From NCBI GenBank assembly GCA_050331595.1, contig JBHJGQ010000024.1:72684-136683 (forward strand): a stretch of DNA of 64,000 nucleotides, in the 5' to 3' direction. Positions 63,387 to 64,000 of the stretch are shown in pieces (the first letter of the stretch is position 1; every line of letters starts with the position of its first letter). The position numbers and the translations under genes are program-made. The notes under the pieces were generated by a model, which saw only the letters and a list, made by a program, of their open reading frames with translations, was not told where the DNA came from and did no database searches. The stretch comes from Opitutales bacterium (lineage in GTDB: Bacteria; Verrucomicrobiota; Verrucomicrobiia; Opitutales; JBHJGM01).

Positions 63387-63718
63387 GCCGGGTCAATGGA
63401 GGACAGGTTAGCCGGATAACCAGGACTCCTATGCCCCGCCGCTTCGAGTCCATGCCGCCAGTCCGTCTCCAAGCGAAGTACACGCTAGGCCGCTAGAGTT
63501 CCGAAATGAACCGGCAGACTCTCGCCCGCGCTGCGCCCAAACACCGGCCAAGCATGCATCCTGTGATCGTGTAGTCCTGTCCAACTCTCTGAAGACTGGA
63601 AGGCACACAGGACCGCACTTCAACGAACACCCATTCCCCGGAAATGCCTGTTTGAGCGTTTCCACCAGGTCGCTGTGCCTCCGAGCAGAAGACACAAACG
63701 CCCGATAGGTTTCGCTGG

Positions 63719-64000
63719 CTAGTGCGCCAGGCCGTGCTCGTGCTCAACCCACTGGATGGCGAACTTCACCAACTCGTTGCCGTTGGACAACTCGAGCTTT
63801 TCCTTGATGTGCGCGCGGTGTGATTCGACGGTCTTCACGCTTACGGTCAGCGCTTTGGCAACTTCGCGCGTGGACAGGCCCTTGCCGATCAGCTGAATGA
63901 CTTCCAACTCGCGGTCGGTCAGCTTGTCCACCGGCGAGCCCTTGTCCGAAGCCGTGCCGCTGACGATCTGGTGCAGCAGCTGTTCGGAAACGCGTTCGCT
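63719..64000 (-). CDS. NarL/FixJ-type regulator, LuxR HTH C-terminal domain (5' part outside window)
   Basis: The track ORF 63719..63931 reads LTDRELEVIQLIGKGLSTREVAKALTVSVKTVESHRAHIKEKL. The frame stays open upstream to the window end (...SERVSEQLLHQIVSGTASDKGSPVDKLT...). Confidence 0.8.
   Translation of the reverse strand, partial: SERVSEQLLHQIVSGTASDKGSPVDKLTDRELEVIQLIGKGLSTREVAKALTVSVKTVESHRAHIKEKLELSNGNELVKFAIQWVEHEHGLAH

Noticed and set aside
63387-63718. A 330-nt stretch without a credible gene. The track ORFs 63429..63695 and 63493..63747 (minus) and a 21-codon plus ORF fall here.
   Set aside because: The translations are Cys/Arg/Ser-rich with no motifs. Apart from a 7-bp inverted repeat (GTCCTGT...ACAGGAC), I could not recognise any known RNA family, so the region is left unannotated.
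1-64000. CRISPR arrays, transposases/integrases, prophage, toxin-antitoxin or defence-system genes, rRNA and tRNA genes.
   Set aside because: None was recognised on either strand. The only repeats seen are the short tandem arrays near rpsT.

Overview
This is a high-GC (about 65% by eye), densely packed chromosomal core region. I recognised no rRNA, tRNA, CRISPR array or mobile element. Several markers suggest a PVC-group, Verrucomicrobia/Opitutae-like bacterium, though this is inference only: a PEP-CTERM protein, a 'small basic protein', a fused ccoNO and a bS22-like mini-ORF.

Gene content from left to right:
- Divergent LPS genes: a partial LpxL-like acyltransferase fused to a GT9 domain, and a second GT9 gene.
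- serS, tilS and ftsH.
- A 75-aa PEP-CTERM protein, then a membrane protein and esterase pair.
- A small basic protein, cutA, rpoZ, smpB and trmL.
- An FAD monooxygenase.
- A 9.4-kb, 7-gene peptide ABC operon with two binding-protein/permease sets (one permease pair fused) but a single OppD/OppF ATPase pair.
- A PFOR (nifJ) plus DHOD-like operon, then hrpA.
- A complete cbb3 oxidase cluster: ccoS, ccoNO, ccoQ, ccoP, ccoG, a mini TM protein, a TauE/DsbD_2-like protein and ccoI.
- dus, a GH140-like hydrolase, a PhyH dioxygenase, nadE, accA, a TPR protein, aat and a zinc-ribbon protein.
- RNase P RNA (rnpB) and rpsT.
- An RluA-like synthase and an unannotated 32-aa bS22-like ORF.
- A pilM-N-O-P-Q-like envelope module.
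- mtaB, an NSS transporter with a small subunit, an LptF/G permease, rlmI and a partial LuxR-type regulator.

I did not find an obviously new multi-gene system such as a defence or toxin system. The most unusual items are:
- The secretin of the pil-like module has a roughly 520-residue hyper-acidic N-terminal region that is almost free of Lys/Arg.
- Four tandem 21-bp units lie directly upstream of rpsT, and a 20-bp tandem duplication creates its stop codon.
- Intrinsic terminators abut the start codons of the next genes.
- The Opp operon has a dual-module, single-ATPase layout.
- The LpxL and GT9 domains are fused.

Many long ORFs in the track are antisense shadows of real genes and were rejected.
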